Origin: an uncultured Eubacterium sp.
Lineage (GTDB): Bacteria > Bacillota > Clostridia > Lachnospirales > Lachnospiraceae
Assembly (NCBI GenBank): GCA_910579145.1
Contig: CAJTTQ010000001.1
Coordinates: 13,695-77,694, forward strand
Direction of reading: 5' to 3'
Length of the DNA stretch: 64,000 bases
The notes under the pieces were generated by a model. It was given only the letters and a program-made list of their open reading frames with translations, was not told the DNA's origin and ran no database searches. The first letter of the stretch is position 1. The number at the start of each line of letters is the position of its first letter. Below are positions 54,891-64,000 of the stretch, in pieces. The position numbers and the translations under genes were made by a program.

Positions 54891-56102
54891 ATGGATGGAA
54901 TGTTATCGCAAGAAGAGATTAATGCTTTGCTCGGTGGTGCGGATTCCGAACCAGATGCAGATGCTGCAGCGAGTGCGGGCACAGATGTTTCTTCTGCTTC
55001 AGCTAGCTCCGAAGAACGTTTGTCTCCAGAAGAGGGCGATGCGTTAGGCGAGATTGCAAATATCAGCATGGGTACGGCGGCTACAACATTATCAGTATTG
55101 CTTAATAACCGCGTGGAAATAACGACACCGGCACTTTCCTATGTAACCGTTGACGATTTAAAGGAGCGGAATCAGGCGCCTTGTGTATTTGTTTACATAG
55201 CTTACCGGACGGGGTTGGAAGGCCGGAATGTTTTGGTGTTGAAAGAGCGCGATGTAAAGATTATTACAGATTTGATGATGGGCGGGGACGGAACGAATAC
55301 CGACGTGGAATTGTCAGATCTTCACCTGAGTGCGATCAGCGAGGCGATGAACCAGATGATGGGTTCGTCTGCTACTTCGATGTCGACGATGATAAATGAG
55401 ATGGTAGATATCAGTCCTCCGACGTCGATCCGTGTGGATTTTGACGATGACGCAGGACTTCAGGATGTTTTGGCGGATATGATTGGAAATCTGTATGCGC
55501 AGGTTTCGTTTAAAATGGTGATCGGAGATTTGATTGATAGCGAGATCATACAGTTATATCCGATACCGTTTGCGCGTATGGTATACGAGAGGTTTAAAGA
55601 TACGATGCAGGGCGAAGAAGCAGAATCGGCGCCGCAGCCGGCAGCTACACCACAGCCGCAGGCATCCCAGCCGGCCACACAGGCCGCACCACAGCCAGCA
55701 GCTGCACAGGCAGCGCCACAGCCGCAGCCAGCGATGCAGCAGCCGATGATGGGGATGCAGCAGCCGATGGGAGGGATGCCGATGTATGGTATGCCGCAGG
55801 ATTTGAGTATACAGCCTGCCCAATTCCAAAGTTTTATGCCTGTGCAGAATTTAGACGGCATTGCTCCAGAAAACATTGATCTTATTATGGATGTGCCGCT
55901 GGAGGTTACAGTCGAACTCGGAAGAACCAGTAAATCAATAAAAGAGATATTGGATTTTTCACCGGGAACGATCATAGAACTTGATAAACTTGCCGGAGAA
56001 CCCATTGACGTATTAGTGAATGGCAAATTTGTAGCTAAAGGTGAAGTTGTCGTGATCGAAGAGAACTTCGGTATACGCGTAACTGAAATTATTAAAGATT
56101 AA
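54891..56102 (+). CDS. fliY: Flagellar motor switch phosphatase FliY (CheC-like plus FliN domains)
   Basis: LSQEEINALL; ExxN motifs EIAN and EAMN; Gln/Pro linker; DVPLEVTVELG..GEVVVI..FGIRV. Confidence 0.95.
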   Translation: MDGMLSQEEINALLGGADSEPDADAAASAGTDVSSASASSEERLSPEEGDALGEIANISMGTAATTLSVLLNNRVEITTPALSYVTVDDLKERNQAPCVFVYIAYRTGLEGRNVLVLKERDVKIITDLMMGGDGTNTDVELSDLHLSAISEAMNQMMGSSATSMSTMINEMVDISPPTSIRVDFDDDAGLQDVLADMIGNLYAQVSFKMVIGDLIDSEIIQLYPIPFARMVYERFKDTMQGEEAESAPQPAATPQPQASQPATQAAPQPAAAQAAPQPQPAMQQPMMGMQQPMGGMPMYGMPQDLSIQPAQFQSFMPVQNLDGIAPENIDLIMDVPLEVTVELGRTSKSIKEILDFSPGTIIELDKLAGEPIDVLVNGKFVAKGEVVVIEENFGIRVTEIIKD

Positions 56103-56120
56103 TCACGGAGGAGAATAACA

Positions 56121-56483
56121 ATGGCAAAAAGTGTTTTAATATGTGATGATGCAGCATTTATGAGAGTCATGATTAAAGACATTTTAACAAAGAATGGCTA
56201 TGATGTGGCCGGGGAAGCGGAGAACGGTTTGATCGCAGTTGAGAAATATAACGAAACCAAACCGGATTTAGTCATGATGGATATTACGATGCCAGAGATG
56301 GATGGTATCCAGGCTTTGAAAAAGATCAAAGAGTCCGATGCAGGGGCAAATATCATTATGTGTTCTGCGATGGGCCAGCAGGCTATGGTTATCGAATCCA
56401 TTCAGTCGGGGGCGAAAGACTTTATCGTGAAACCGTTTCAGGCAGACCGTGTGCTGGAAGCTGTGAAGAAAGCAATTGGCTAA
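56121..56483 (+). CDS. cheY: Chemotaxis response regulator CheY
   Basis: ICDDAAFMR, MDITMPEMDG, CSAMGQQ, FIVKPF. Confidence 0.96.
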   Translation: MAKSVLICDDAAFMRVMIKDILTKNGYDVAGEAENGLIAVEKYNETKPDLVMMDITMPEMDGIQALKKIKESDAGANIIMCSAMGQQAMVIESIQSGAKDFIVKPFQADRVLEAVKKAIG

Positions 56484-56484
56484 T

Positions 56485-56841
56485 ATGGGAAATAATATAC
56501 TGCAGCTTCTCGGCATGGTTGTTGTTTTTATACTCGTGCTTGCTGCGACGTATTATGCTACAAAATGGATTGCCAAGTCAGGTGCCATCCAGTCGCATTC
56601 GAGTAATATCAAAGTGATCGAGACGTTTAAGATCGCGCCGAATAAGTATATCCAGATCATAAAGCTTGGGGATCGGTACTATTCCATCGGCGTGACGAAG
56701 GATAATATTACGTTTTTCACTTCGCTGGAGGAAGAGCAGCTGGATTTGCAGAAGGCGGATACATCGTTGCCCAATGTGTCCTTTATGGAAGTGATGGGCA
56801 AGGTTGTATCCAAGGTAAAAAAGAAAGAAGACAAAAAATGA
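56485..56841 (+). CDS. fliO: Flagellar biosynthesis protein FliO/FliZ
   Basis: N-terminal TM; NIKVIE..IGVTKDNIT; precedes fliP. Confidence 0.88.
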   Translation: MGNNILQLLGMVVVFILVLAATYYATKWIAKSGAIQSHSSNIKVIETFKIAPNKYIQIIKLGDRYYSIGVTKDNITFFTSLEEEQLDLQKADTSLPNVSFMEVMGKVVSKVKKKEDKK

Positions 56842-56856
56842 GAAAAGGTTGGTATT

Positions 56857-57711
56857 ATGAGAACACATAAGAGATGGTTTTCAATTGTATGCAAAGGAGT
56901 GTCTCTATTTACGGTACTATGCATATTGACCTTTTTTTGTGGTGCAATTGCTCATGCGGCACCGGTTCGGTCCGAGTCCAGTGTAGACGAGATCGAGGGC
57001 AGTTCGACTGGCGGTGTCAGTGATCCCTCAGATCCTGACAAGTTTGAATTTAATATTTCCTCAAATGCAGGAAGCACCAGTTTGTCGGCCAGCTTACAGA
57101 TGCTTCTTGTTTTGACGGTTTTATCGCTGGCACCTTCGATCGTTATTATGATGACTTCATTCACGAGGATCATTGTGGTGCTGCATTTTGTGCGCTCCGC
57201 TCTGGGGGCGCAGACTACGCCGCCCAATCAGGTGCTGACTGGGCTTGCGTTGTTTTTGACACTGTTTATCATGTCACCCGTCATATCGGATATCAACACC
57301 AACTGTGTGCAGCCGTTTGAACAGGGACAATTGACACAGGAAGAGGCACTTAACGCGGGTTTAAAACCGATCCGGGGATTTATGTTTGACCAGACGAACC
57401 GATCGGATCTTAAGCTTTTTTTGGAGATTGAGGGAAAGGACCGGGAAATTGATTCCGAGGAGGATATTCCGACGGTCGTGCTGCTTCCGGCATTTATGAT
57501 CAGTGAGCTAAGACAGGCGTTTATCATGGGATTTTTGATCTATCTGCCGTTTATCGTGATCGATATGGTTGTGGCTTCTACCCTGATGTCGATGGGTATG
57601 ATGATGCTGCCGCCGACGACGATTTCGATGCCGTTTAAGATCTTGCTGTTTGTGCTGGCCGATGGCTGGGATCTCGTGATCGGGCAGGTCGTGAGAACTT
57701 TTTATAATTAG
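56857..57711 (+). CDS. fliP: Flagellar export protein FliP
   Basis: MTSFTRIIVV, PPNQVL, PAFMISEL, MGMMMLPP, LFVLADGW. Confidence 0.97.
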   Translation: MRTHKRWFSIVCKGVSLFTVLCILTFFCGAIAHAAPVRSESSVDEIEGSSTGGVSDPSDPDKFEFNISSNAGSTSLSASLQMLLVLTVLSLAPSIVIMMTSFTRIIVVLHFVRSALGAQTTPPNQVLTGLALFLTLFIMSPVISDINTNCVQPFEQGQLTQEEALNAGLKPIRGFMFDQTNRSDLKLFLEIEGKDREIDSEEDIPTVVLLPAFMISELRQAFIMGFLIYLPFIVIDMVVASTLMSMGMMMLPPTTISMPFKILLFVLADGWDLVIGQVVRTFYN

Positions 57712-57762
57712 CGTATGAGACGATCCTGATATTTTTCATAGAGAGGGAAGGAGGCGGATCCT

Positions 57763-58032
57763 ATGACAGAAGCAGACGTAGCAGAACTATCATCCAGAAT
57801 GGTATGGGTCATCATAAAGTGTTCTGCGCCATTGTTGCTCGTCTCCCTTATCGTAGGTCTGGTCATCAGTATTTTTCAGACTGTCACGTCCATTCAGGAG
57901 CAGACACTTACGTTTGTGCCGAAGCTGCTGGCAATCTTTATTGTCCTTATGCTGACCGGAAGCTGGATCATGAGTAACTGTGTGGAGTTTTTGCAGATGC
58001 TCTGTGAGAGTTTTTCTATTTTGGTCAAGTGA
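57763..58032 (+). CDS. fliQ: Flagellar export protein FliQ
   Basis: FQTVTSIQEQTLTFVPK. Confidence 0.97.
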   Translation: MTEADVAELSSRMVWVIIKCSAPLLLVSLIVGLVISIFQTVTSIQEQTLTFVPKLLAIFIVLMLTGSWIMSNCVEFLQMLCESFSILVK

Positions 58033-58061
58033 GAGAGGGCTTACAGTAAGGAGGAATCCAT

Positions 58062-58832
58062 ATGAATTTTACAGTGGAGAATCTTGAGTTTTATCTTCTC
58101 GTGCTCATTCGTATTTCCTCTTTTGTCGTGGCGGCTCCGTTTTTTAGTTATCAGACGATACCGGTGAAATGGAAAGCTGTTGTCAGTATGGTGCTGGCGA
58201 TCATTACGATCCAGGCGATTCCGGCGGCGGCGGTAGAATATACTGGTATCATTGGTTTTTCGGGACTTGTGTTAAAAGAATGCGCGGTCGGGCTCGTATT
58301 AGGGTTTATGTGCAATATCTGTATGTATATTGTAACATTTGCCGGGCAGTTGATGGATATGGAAATGGGCTTTTCGATGGCTAGTATGTTCGATCCGATC
58401 ACGAGCATACAGGTTACCGTAACGGGTAACATGTATACGTATCTTGTCATGCTCATCCTCATCGTCTCAAACATGCACCATTACATCATCCGTGCGATCG
58501 TGGACACATTCCAGTATTTTAATGTCGGACAGGCCGTGTTTAGCGGGGATCTCACGAATATGGCGATCGAGTTTATGGTAAATTACTTTATGATCGGATT
58601 TCGTATCGTACTGCCGATCTTCGCCTGCATGCTCGTCATCAATGTCGTTCTCGGCGTGTTGTCGCGGGCGGCGCCCCAGATGAACATGTTTGTCGTCGGT
58701 ATGCAGGTAAAAGTGCTTGTCGGTATTTTACTTTTGGTGATCCTCGTTCCGACGATCCCTGTGATTGCCGATTTTGTTTTTGGGAAAATGAAAGAAGTCG
58801 TATTGGACGTTTATCAGTCATTTACGCCTTAG
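58062..58832 (+). CDS. fliR: Flagellar export protein FliR
   Basis: AGQLMDMEMGFSMASMFDP; SRAAPQMNMF. Confidence 0.96.
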   Translation: MNFTVENLEFYLLVLIRISSFVVAAPFFSYQTIPVKWKAVVSMVLAIITIQAIPAAAVEYTGIIGFSGLVLKECAVGLVLGFMCNICMYIVTFAGQLMDMEMGFSMASMFDPITSIQVTVTGNMYTYLVMLILIVSNMHHYIIRAIVDTFQYFNVGQAVFSGDLTNMAIEFMVNYFMIGFRIVLPIFACMLVINVVLGVLSRAAPQMNMFVVGMQVKVLVGILLLVILVPTIPVIADFVFGKMKEVVLDVYQSFTP

Positions 58833-58848
58833 TGGAGGAGATTTGTAT

Positions 58849-59946
58849 ATGATACCATACAATCTTCAGTTTTTTGCCAAAGATGGCGAGAGTGGCGAGA
58901 AGACAGAGGACGCCACACCGAAAAAGCTGGATGATGCCAGAAAGGAAGGCCAGGTGGCGAAAAGCCAGGACGTTGGCGTGGCGGTACTCCTGCTTTTGAT
59001 GTTTGTATGTCTCAAGGTTTTTGGCGGATTTATGAGTAACCGGATGCTCGGTACGTTCCGCATCTATTTTGGCAATATGAGTGAGTTTGCCGGTGATTTT
59101 ACGCTGGGCCGTTCCATGCAGACGCTCGCGCTGGCTGGACGGGAAATCCTTTTGACCGCGGGGCCGATCCTGGCGCTGACACTCGTCGCGGCTTTTGTCG
59201 TGAACGTGGTGCAGGTCAAGTGGAAGCCGACGATGAAGCCGCTGAAGCCAAAGATGTCGAAAATAAATCCGTTTTCCGGTTTTAAGCGGATGTTTTCGAA
59301 AGACAAGGTATTTGATCTTTTTAAATCCGTAGCTAAGCTCGGCGTGCTGTTTTACGTGGTATACTCTTCCCTGAAGGATGAGTGGGGACTTGTTACGAAT
59401 ATTTACCAGCTGGATCTGTGGGCGGCGGTACTGCTGATCGTCGATACGGTCATCGGCGTCGGGTTCAAGATCAGTATTGTTTTTATGATATTGGCCGCCG
59501 TGGATTTTTATTATCAGAGAAGAAAATTTAAAAATGACATGAAGATGACGAAGCAGGAAGTAAAAGATGAGTATAAGAACACGGAGGGAAATCCGCAGAT
59601 CAAAGGAAGGATCCGGAGTAAGATGCAGGAGGCGTCCAGAAGGCGTATGATGCAGAGTGTCCCGGAGGCGGACGTCGTCATCACAAACCCGACCCATCTT
59701 GCGATAGCGGTAAAATATGACAAATCATTGGGGGAAGCGCCTGTTGTGCTGGCGAAGGGAGCCGATTTTCTGGCGGAAAAGATCAAGAACACCGCTAGGC
59801 TCAGTCATGTAGAAATCGTGGAAAATAAGCCGCTCGCGCGTATGTTATATTACAATGTGGAAATCGGGGACCAGATCCCGCCGGAATTGTATCAGATGGT
59901 GGCAGAGGTACTCGCTTATGTTTATAGTATACAAGGTAAAATTTAA
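58849..59946 (+). CDS. flhB: Flagellar export protein FlhB
   Basis: EKTEDATPKK..RKEGQV; MTKQEVKDE; NPTH autocleavage motif. Confidence 0.97.
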   Translation: MIPYNLQFFAKDGESGEKTEDATPKKLDDARKEGQVAKSQDVGVAVLLLLMFVCLKVFGGFMSNRMLGTFRIYFGNMSEFAGDFTLGRSMQTLALAGREILLTAGPILALTLVAAFVVNVVQVKWKPTMKPLKPKMSKINPFSGFKRMFSKDKVFDLFKSVAKLGVLFYVVYSSLKDEWGLVTNIYQLDLWAAVLLIVDTVIGVGFKISIVFMILAAVDFYYQRRKFKNDMKMTKQEVKDEYKNTEGNPQIKGRIRSKMQEASRRRMMQSVPEADVVITNPTHLAIAVKYDKSLGEAPVVLAKGADFLAEKIKNTARLSHVEIVENKPLARMLYYNVEIGDQIPPELYQMVAEVLAYVYSIQGKI

Positions 59947-59948
59947 GA

Positions 59949-59977
59949 TTGTGAAATTACGAGAAAAAGATTATAAT
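59949..59977 (+). promoter_or_regulatory. Internal SigA-like promoter upstream of flhA
   Basis: TTGTGA-17-TATAAT in the flhB-flhA gap. Confidence 0.55.
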
Positions 59978-60009
59978 GGAAAGAAGAAAGACTGGGAGGT
60001 GGAACGGAC

Positions 60010-62046
60010 ATGAAAAAGCAGGACATCATTTTAGGATGCTTTGTTTTGGTACCAATATTATGTATGATCATTCCGGTTCCACTGGTACTGCTGGATATAT
60101 TGTTTACGGCGAATATTGCCATATCCATGCTGACGCTGTTTAGTGCGTTGTTTGCCAGAGAGCCGCTTGATATGTCATCGTTCCCAACATTGCTGCTTTT
60201 GACGACGCTGTTTCGGCTCGCGCTCAACGTCAGTTCGACGAGAAATATATTACTGAGGGGCGAGGCGGGAAATGTCGTAAGCACATTTGGTAATTTTGTG
60301 GGCGGCGGTAATCTCGTCGTCGGCGCTGTTGTATTTTTGATCCTGATCATCGTTCAGCTCATGGTCATCAATAAAGGATCCGAACGTGTATCCGAGGTAA
60401 CGGCCCGGTTTACACTGGATGCGATGCCGGGTAAGCAGATGGCGATCGACGCCGATCTGAATACCGGGGCGATCACAGACGAAGAGGCAAAGGACCGGAG
60501 GGAAAAGATCCAGTCAGAATCCGCGTTTTTCGGCGCGATGGACGGTGCCACCAAATACGTAAAAGGTGACGCCACCGCGGGGCTGATCATCACGGTGATC
60601 AACTTTATCGGCGGACTTGCCATCGGTATGCTCATGAACGGTATGGAAGCTTCGGCCGCGCTGCAGAACTATTCGATCCTCACGATCGGTGACGGACTTA
60701 CGAGCCAGATCCCATCGCTGATGATCTCACTCGCGACCGGTGTCCTTGTGACGAAGGGGTCGAAGGAGGCGGACATCGGCGGCATTTTGCAAAAACAGCT
60801 TCTCAGTACGCCGAAAGTTCTGATGATCGTTGGATTCGCGCTGATCGGCCTCGGTCTTTTTACACCAATGAACATTGTTATTTTCTGCGGTTACGGCGTG
60901 TTCTTTATCGTTGTGTCCCGCATGATCATGAACGAGTTAGAGATGGAGGAGACCGATATGGAAGTGAGTGAAGAGGAGGAGTCGGCGGAGGAGATAAGAC
61001 GGCCGGAAAATGTCACTTCCCTTCTTAAAGTGGACTCGATCGAACTGGAATTCGGCTACGGGATCATTCCGCTTGCGGATGTGAACCAGGGCGGTGACCT
61101 TCTCGACCGTGTCGTTATGATCCGAAGACAGATCGCGCTGGAACTCGGCTGCGTTGTGCCGATGATCCGTCTGCGCGATAACATACAGCTGAACCCGAAC
61201 CAGTATGTCATAAAGATCAAGGGCGTTCCGGTCAGTGAGGGGGAGATCCTGTTTGACCATTATATGGCGATGAATCCAGGATATGTCGAGGAAGAACTGA
61301 CCGGTATCCCTACGTTTGAGCCTTCATTCCATCTGCCGGCGATCTGGATCACGGAAGGGCAGCGCGAGCGGGCTGAGTCGTTAGGTTATACGGTTGTCGA
61401 TCCGCCGTCGATCATTGCGACGCATCTGATGGAAATCATCCGCAGCAACTTACACGAACTTCTGACGAGACAGGATGTACAGAACCTGATCGACAATGTG
61501 AAAGAGGCGAATGAGACGCTGATTTCCGAACTGGTGCCGAAAATGCTCAGTGTCGGTGAGATCCAGAAGGTATTGCAGAACCTGCTGATGGAAGGAATTT
61601 CGATCCGCGACCTGATCACGATATTTGAGACGCTGGCGGACTATGCGCCGACGACGCACGACGCGGATATTTTGACTGAATACGCGAGACAGAATCTCAA
61701 GCGGGCCATTTCAAATAAATACTTTACTCAGAACGAGGCAACGAGTGTGATCACACTGGATCCGAAGGTGGAACAGGAGATCATGAACGCTGTAAAACAG
61801 ACGGAGCAGGGTTCCTATCTGGCGATTGATCCGGATTACTCCGCCCAGCTAATGTCGTCGCTGCAGGAAGAGAGCGGGAAACTGGAGGAACTTGGCCGCA
61901 CGCAGATCATTATTACATCGCCGATCGTGAGGATGTATTTTAAGCATCTTACGATGGAGCAGTTTAAGAATCTGCATGTATTATCTTATAATGAGATTGA
62001 TTCAGACGTAGAACTTCAGTCAGTTGGGATGGTGACAGTTGAATGA
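60010..62046 (+). CDS. flhA: Flagellar export protein FlhA
   Basis: KGSERVSEVTARFTLDAMPGKQMAIDADL; FFGAMDGA.K; LTIGDGL. Confidence 0.98.
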   Translation: MKKQDIILGCFVLVPILCMIIPVPLVLLDILFTANIAISMLTLFSALFAREPLDMSSFPTLLLLTTLFRLALNVSSTRNILLRGEAGNVVSTFGNFVGGGNLVVGAVVFLILIIVQLMVINKGSERVSEVTARFTLDAMPGKQMAIDADLNTGAITDEEAKDRREKIQSESAFFGAMDGATKYVKGDATAGLIITVINFIGGLAIGMLMNGMEASAALQNYSILTIGDGLTSQIPSLMISLATGVLVTKGSKEADIGGILQKQLLSTPKVLMIVGFALIGLGLFTPMNIVIFCGYGVFFIVVSRMIMNELEMEETDMEVSEEEESAEEIRRPENVTSLLKVDSIELEFGYGIIPLADVNQGGDLLDRVVMIRRQIALELGCVVPMIRLRDNIQLNPNQYVIKIKGVPVSEGEILFDHYMAMNPGYVEEELTGIPTFEPSFHLPAIWITEGQRERAESLGYTVVDPPSIIATHLMEIIRSNLHELLTRQDVQNLIDNVKEANETLISELVPKMLSVGEIQKVLQNLLMEGISIRDLITIFETLADYAPTTHDADILTEYARQNLKRAISNKYFTQNEATSVITLDPKVEQEIMNAVKQTEQGSYLAIDPDYSAQLMSSLQEESGKLEELGRTQIIITSPIVRMYFKHLTMEQFKNLHVLSYNEIDSDVELQSVGMVTVE

Positions 62047-63296
62047 TCATTAAAAAGTTTCTGGCAAAAACGGAAAAAGAAGCAATCGAGATGGCAAAGG
62101 AAGAGCTCGGAGCGGGCGCTGTTGTCATGAATATAAAAAAAATCCAGCCGAAAGGGTTATCAAAGCTTTTTGTCAAAGGAAAGGTCGAGGTGACCGCCGC
62201 GCTGGATGAAAATATCGTTTATGATGCGAATGGCGGAGGACATGAGGCGAAAGAGTCCGAACAGGCGGGGGTGAGGTTGGATCTTACGGCCCCGAAGTTC
62301 GTGCCGGACATCGTGGCAGATGAAAATGAGGAATCAAAAAATGTGGCGGTCATAGAAGAAAAACTGAACAGTCTGCAGAAAATGATCGAAAAACAGATTT
62401 CGGAAAAGGTAGAAGAAGAGAAAAAGAATGCCATAGAAGAGAAGGAAGGGAAAAAAGAAGAAGAGGCGGTACAAAAAGAAGAGCCAAAGGAGAAAAGTAA
62501 AGCGGATGCCTGTAAGGATCTGATCCGTAAACAGATGACGCAAAATGAGGTGGATCAGTCGATCATTGACCAGTTGATGGAAGAAATTGACCGGTCGCTG
62601 CCCAAGGATGCCGCGCTGGATCAGATTTTAGGCGCGATCTATCAGAAGATCATTTTGATGACCGGGCAGCCTTATTTACTGGAAGACGTGGAAGAAGCGG
62701 GCGCGAAATACGTGTTCCTTCTTGGTTCTACTGGTGTAGGAAAAACGACGACGATTGCGAAGATCGCTTCAAAATTAAAGCTTGAGAAGAAAATGAATAT
62801 CGCGCTTGTGACGGCAGATACGTACCGGATCGCCGCGGTGGAGCAGCTGAAGACTTACGCCAATATTTTAAGCGTACCGCTCAGTGTCGTTTACCGTCCA
62901 GAGGAGCTGGGCGAGATGTTGGACGATCTGGATCAGTACGATATGTGTCTGATTGATACGGCTGGCTGTTCCCATAATAACAAAGAGCAGTTGGACGAGT
63001 TGAGCCGCCTGCTCGATCAGGTTCCGATCTCGAAGCGGGGAGTGTACCTCGTGTTGAACGCGGCGACGAAATACAACGACTTAAAACAGATTTCAGATAT
63101 TTATTCCAAAATTACGGATTACAGCATGATCTTTACGAAATTAGATGAGACGTCTTCGGCGGGGATCATGTTGAACATGCGGATGCACACGAACCGGCCG
63201 TTGTCATATGTGACATGGGGGCAAAATGTTCCCGATGACATTGGAATGGTAGATAATCAAAAGATTGCGAAAAAGTTATTAGGAGGTAAGTCATAG
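62043..63296 (+). CDS. flhF: Flagellar biosynthesis GTPase FlhF
   Basis: GSTGVGKTTTIAKIA, DTYRIAAVEQL, DTAG, TKLDE, GQNVPDD. Confidence 0.96.
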   Translation: MIIKKFLAKTEKEAIEMAKEELGAGAVVMNIKKIQPKGLSKLFVKGKVEVTAALDENIVYDANGGGHEAKESEQAGVRLDLTAPKFVPDIVADENEESKNVAVIEEKLNSLQKMIEKQISEKVEEEKKNAIEEKEGKKEEEAVQKEEPKEKSKADACKDLIRKQMTQNEVDQSIIDQLMEEIDRSLPKDAALDQILGAIYQKIILMTGQPYLLEDVEEAGAKYVFLLGSTGVGKTTTIAKIASKLKLEKKMNIALVTADTYRIAAVEQLKTYANILSVPLSVVYRPEELGEMLDDLDQYDMCLIDTAGCSHNNKEQLDELSRLLDQVPISKRGVYLVLNAATKYNDLKQISDIYSKITDYSMIFTKLDETSSAGIMLNMRMHTNRPLSYVTWGQNVPDDIGMVDNQKIAKKLLGGKS

Positions 63297-64000
63297 TGGA
63301 TCAGGCGGAACGATTGAGAAATATGATCAGAGACAATGACTTACAGCCGGAACAGGAGAGGACTGCGAAAGTCATTGCGGTAACAAGCGGCAAAGGCGGT
63401 GTTGGCAAGAGCAGCCTGACCGTAAATCTGGCTGTACAGCTGAGCCGTCTGGGAAAGCGTGTGTTGATCTTTGATGCCGATTTTGGATTGGCAAACATAG
63501 AGATCATGCTCGGTATCCGGCCCAAATACACCCTTGCGGATTTGATGTACCGGGGGAAGACGGTGCGGGATGTCGTTACCGACGGGCCTGAAGATATCGG
63601 ATTTATTTCTGGTGGTTCCGGTATTCACGAGCTGGCGAACCTGACGAGGGAGCAGGTGTTTTCCCTGATCCGTAAACTCGATGATCTGGACCGTGTGGCA
63701 GACGTGATCATCGTAGATACGGGAGCAGGTGTGAACGATACCGTCTTGGATTTTGTGGCGGCCAGTGAGGAGATCCTCCTTGTGGCTACGCCGGAACCCA
63801 CTTCGATCACGGATGCGTACGCGCTGATGAAACTGTTAAACCGCAAAGCGGCTTACCAGCCGAACCAGACGGTCGTAAAAATGGTCGCGAACCAGGTGCG
63901 GGAGGAATGGGAGGCCGCGGAACTTTTTGAGAAACTTGGTGTGGTAGCCAGAAAATTTTTGGATATTGAAGTGGAATTTTTAGGAACGGTGCCATATGAT
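63296..64000 (+). CDS. flhG: MinD-like flagellar number regulator FlhG, 3'-truncated (not in the ORF track)
   Basis: Own translation from GTG 63296: MDQAERLR..VIAVTSGKGGVGKS..DADFGLAN..DTGAG..TPEPTSITDAY. Confidence 0.93.
   Translation, partial: MDQAERLRNMIRDNDLQPEQERTAKVIAVTSGKGGVGKSSLTVNLAVQLSRLGKRVLIFDADFGLANIEIMLGIRPKYTLADLMYRGKTVRDVVTDGPEDIGFISGGSGIHELANLTREQVFSLIRKLDDLDRVADVIIVDTGAGVNDTVLDFVAASEEILLVATPEPTSITDAYALMKLLNRKAAYQPNQTVVKMVANQVREEWEAAELFEKLGVVARKFLDIEVEFLGTVPYD

Noticed and set aside
55630..55800. CAGCC-rich low-complexity repeats
   Set aside because: Encode the ordinary Gln/Pro/Ala linker of FliY
1..64000. Mobile elements, prophage or defence systems
   Set aside because: No transposase, integrase, phage, cas or restriction-modification genes recognised

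Overview
Chromosomal window from a motile, spore-forming Clostridia-class Firmicute, most likely Lachnospiraceae (inferred from gene content and order). Left to right: (1) 3' part of an M26/Zmp (IgA1-protease-like) zinc metalloprotease gene, an orphan AgrC-like kinase with a chemoreceptor, a YtrA-type GntR/ABC operon with an acidic membrane-anchored protein, and tRNA-Leu(CAA); (2) a ~22 kb glucuronoxylan utilisation locus (GH43, GH3, GH67, uxuA, uxuB-like) built around an unusual nine-gene uptake module: ~1010-aa membrane-anchored solute-binding protein with CBM-like domains, permease pair, NHL/TPR protein, Yip1 protein, DUF5696-like lipoprotein, second permease pair and a second binding protein, with no ATPase, regulator or recognisable endoxylanase; (3) orphan YefM antitoxin, sigG, ylmC, nrdR, comM-like ATPase, dprA, topA; (4) the main flagellar operon flgB to flhG (truncated). 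The best candidate for a poorly described system is the uptake module, which may be a multi-protein surface glycan capture-and-import complex. Secondary candidates are a two-hairpin RNA element before flgE, a Na+-type stator, an X2-like domain on FlgD and a duplicated RBS/uORF before nrdR. All family calls come from motif recognition by eye; no searches were run.
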